Shown here in pieces: positions 61,593-64,000 of a DNA stretch of 64,000 nucleotides; the stretch's first letter is position 1; every line of letters begins with the position of its first letter. Under the pieces are notes generated by a model. The model had not been told where the DNA came from, ran no database searches, and saw only the letters and a list, made by a program, of their open reading frames with translations. Made by a program: the position numbers and the translations under genes. Origin of the DNA: Vicugna vicugna (Eukaryota); NCBI GenBank assembly GCA_013265495.1, contig MU057416.1:1482545-1546544 (forward strand), written 5' to 3'.

Positions 61593-62403
61593 ATTAGAAA
61601 GCATTTACAGATGGAGATCTACTAGCTTGCAGAGGAATCTGATAAATGATTAGATGAGAAAAGTAAGCTGGATGCACGGCTGAGGGTGTCTGAGAGGAAG
61701 TCAGGATCCGGCACCAATCTCTGAAAATCTGGAACTCTGTAAAGGGCGACAACAGAAGCCCCCCGACACATCTGAGTACATTTGTGTGTATTTGCGTACG
61801 TGTTAACAAGTACTCGCAGCGGTTACCTCAGGGAAGCGGCAGGTGCGGGTGGCGCTGGGGCAGAGGCGGGAAACAGGAGATCATTAGCTTTATCTTATGT
61901 ATGTTGGTTCCGTGTTACTTCACTTGTTATTAGACGCATGGGGTACTGCTATAATGTTCAGAAAATCAAATAAAAACTTCAGAAACATGAACCCCAAGTT
62001 TTCCCACACGACAGCTCGAAGGTAGGCCGCAGCCGGCCGAGAGCACACGTCAAAGGAAGACACCACATACCGGTCCTGGAGCGGCCACACGGGCTTGCGG
62101 CCCGACACGGATTTGCTTCAGGAACGTACGTTAGGAGGGAAAACAGCGCCCAAACTTAGGTGCATAAATATTGATTAAAGCTGATTTTGAAAGAATATTA
62201 GTAGAAAACAGAGCATCAGAAGGACCCCTGCCGCAAAGCGGGAAGGGCGGCGGCCTGACCCACGAGGCGGGCGCTGGGAGCCGGCGGCGCAGAGACGAAC
62301 CCGCGGGCCCCGGCAGCGCAGCCCGCAGCCCGCCGGCCGGCCAAGGCCTGGCTGCGGCCGGTCTGCGGAGGCCCCCGGGCAGACCCGAGAGCCCCAGGCA
62401 AGT

Positions 62404-63071
62404 TGTAAGGAGACAATCTAAGCGTCTTCCTCTTCCTCGGACTCCCCAAGCCCACGTCCCAGGATGCGGAAGGAGATTTTACGTCAGTATTTCAGCCAAA
62501 GCCTCAAGGCTCGGACAGCGGGTGACAAATGGGCCCCCAGTTAAGAAAGACGCCGTGAGGCGGGAAGCCCCATAAAAAGACCGGCAGGAGACCCAGGCAG
62601 GGCCGCTGCTCTCCTCCCAGCGCCCTCCGGTTTCCTGGCCCAGAGGCTCTCACTTTTGGCCTCTAAACCGGCTAACTTACACCTAGAATTCTATTGGTTC
62701 CCTGAGCTCACTTCTGATTGGTTATTTCCTTCACTCCTGGATGGTTACTACTCTCACTTCTGATTGGTCCACTTCCCTAACTTCTGATCGGTCCATTTAT
62801 AGTACTTTATTTGCATGGAGCTCATTCCTGATTGGGCTAGTTCTACAAAGCTTGTTCCTGGTTGGTCAACTTCTGTTGTACTTTATTTGCATACGATGTT
62901 GCAAAGTGTAAAACTGGCAGCATATAAAAGGCCTGTGTAGTCTGAGCGATGAAGCCCAGAGCTTGCAGTGTTAGGTTTTATGGGCCCGGGGGAGTAACAA
63001 ACCTGAGTTCTTTTATTTCTCGGTGGGAGTCAGGTTGCTGTCTAACTGAGCAGTAACACCGAGCTATAACA
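62404..63071 (+). mobile_element. Solo ERV LTR with promoter architecture
   Basis: Begins tgtaagg, ends gctataaca. Tandem ctcacttctgattggt units, two ATTTGCAT octamers, TATAAAA at 62923-62929. No TSD found, so the true 5' end could lie nearer 62215. Confidence 0.65.
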
Positions 63072-64000
63072 CATTTTTCTGCAACAGCTGGCCACATTTG
63101 TGCAGGACCGACGAGGAAGGGACCAAACAAAATCGTCAGCAGTCACCACCGCCCACCCCGCCAGCTCCCAATCTGTGAGAGGTTCAGTAAGGAGCCGCCG
63201 GGTAGTCAGGGAGTTCACGTGAGTGGAAAGTGTGCAGCTCCCCTCCCACCGCTAAGCCCGAGGGAAAGGGACCCCAGACGACTTGCTCGCAGAGATGACG
63301 CTGTCGACAAGAGGGGAGACTGGTGTCTCACTTCCCAGCTTAAAGTGTTGGCTAACACAATAAAACATAACATTTTGGAGTAGAAAATGTCCCCAGGAAA
63401 TTGGGTCACAGAGGATGAAAGGAGGGCCCGATATCTACCTCCTCCCTGGAAGACTCACGGGTGGGGAGCAGAGCTGAAGCCGCCCCTGGAGCAGGGCAGG
63501 AGGCAGCCGGGGAGCGGCCCACCGTCCCGGGGAGCTGTCGTCCAACTCTGGAGCAAGGCAGTGCAGTTTCCTGTGGACCCGGTGCGTACCACGGCGAGCA
63601 GCTGGGAAGGGACGGCCTTGGAAGGACCCACCCAAGACGGGGGCCTGCCTGGATCCCAGTAGAGAGAGGCTGTGAGTGACACATCGGAGGCTGGAGCTGT
63701 CAGGCCGGGACAGCCTGCGTCAGACACCCAGTGGGCGCACCAGAGACCTCCCTCACACGCTGTGTGTGGACGCCCGCTGTGCACTAGGTGAGGACAGAAT
63801 TAAAAGCATGATCAGATGTGAGAAACAGCCTTTGCCTCTGTTCCTCTGATCCCTGCTCCACTGCCACCTCCAGGCCTAAAGAAGCCAAGGGCCGTGGTGG
63901 GGAGGAGGTGGAGAGGAACAGATCAGACCCTCACCCACAGCCAGCCCCAAACCACGGGTCTGGCCTGAGCTGAGGGCAAGGGAGGAGCTTTAAGTTGGAT

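Noticed and set aside
39600..64000. A third protein-coding gene (e.g. CAMSAP2) upstream of DDX59
   Set aside because: No exon with recognisable coding homology. The region is mostly L1/LTR/SINE relics.

Overview
Mammalian genomic DNA, most likely camelid (inferred from ~13 copies of a tRNA-Ala-derived SINE with an AATAAACCTAATTACC(C)n tail resembling Vic-1). Two known genes lie in tandem on the minus strand. DDX59 is complete: a non-coding exon 1 in a CpG island at ~38.9 kb plus 7 coding exons (37621->25617; 1869 nt, 622 aa; HIT zinc finger plus DEAD-box helicase). KIF14 is present as its 5' part: a CpG-island promoter at ~9.5 kb with CCAAT/GC/CHR elements and coding exons 2-4, including the kinesin P-loop; it runs off the left edge. 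The order matches the human KIF14-DDX59 synteny (1q32). The rest is intronic/intergenic DNA with L1, L2/MIR, LTR and DNA-transposon relics, microsatellites and one 92-nt assembly gap. I found no novel gene system. The most interesting signals are: patchy AT->GC remodelling of exons, splice donors and old repeats (candidate GC-biased gene conversion); a strong alternative donor in DDX59 intron 7 that would give an NMD-escaping isoform lacking helicase motif VI; all-phase-0 DDX59 coding introns; two uORFs in the KIF14 leader; a CRE cluster with a possible alternative DDX59 first exon; and an LTR promoter with CCAAT and octamer arrays. Repeat family names and human comparisons are from memory, not database searches.
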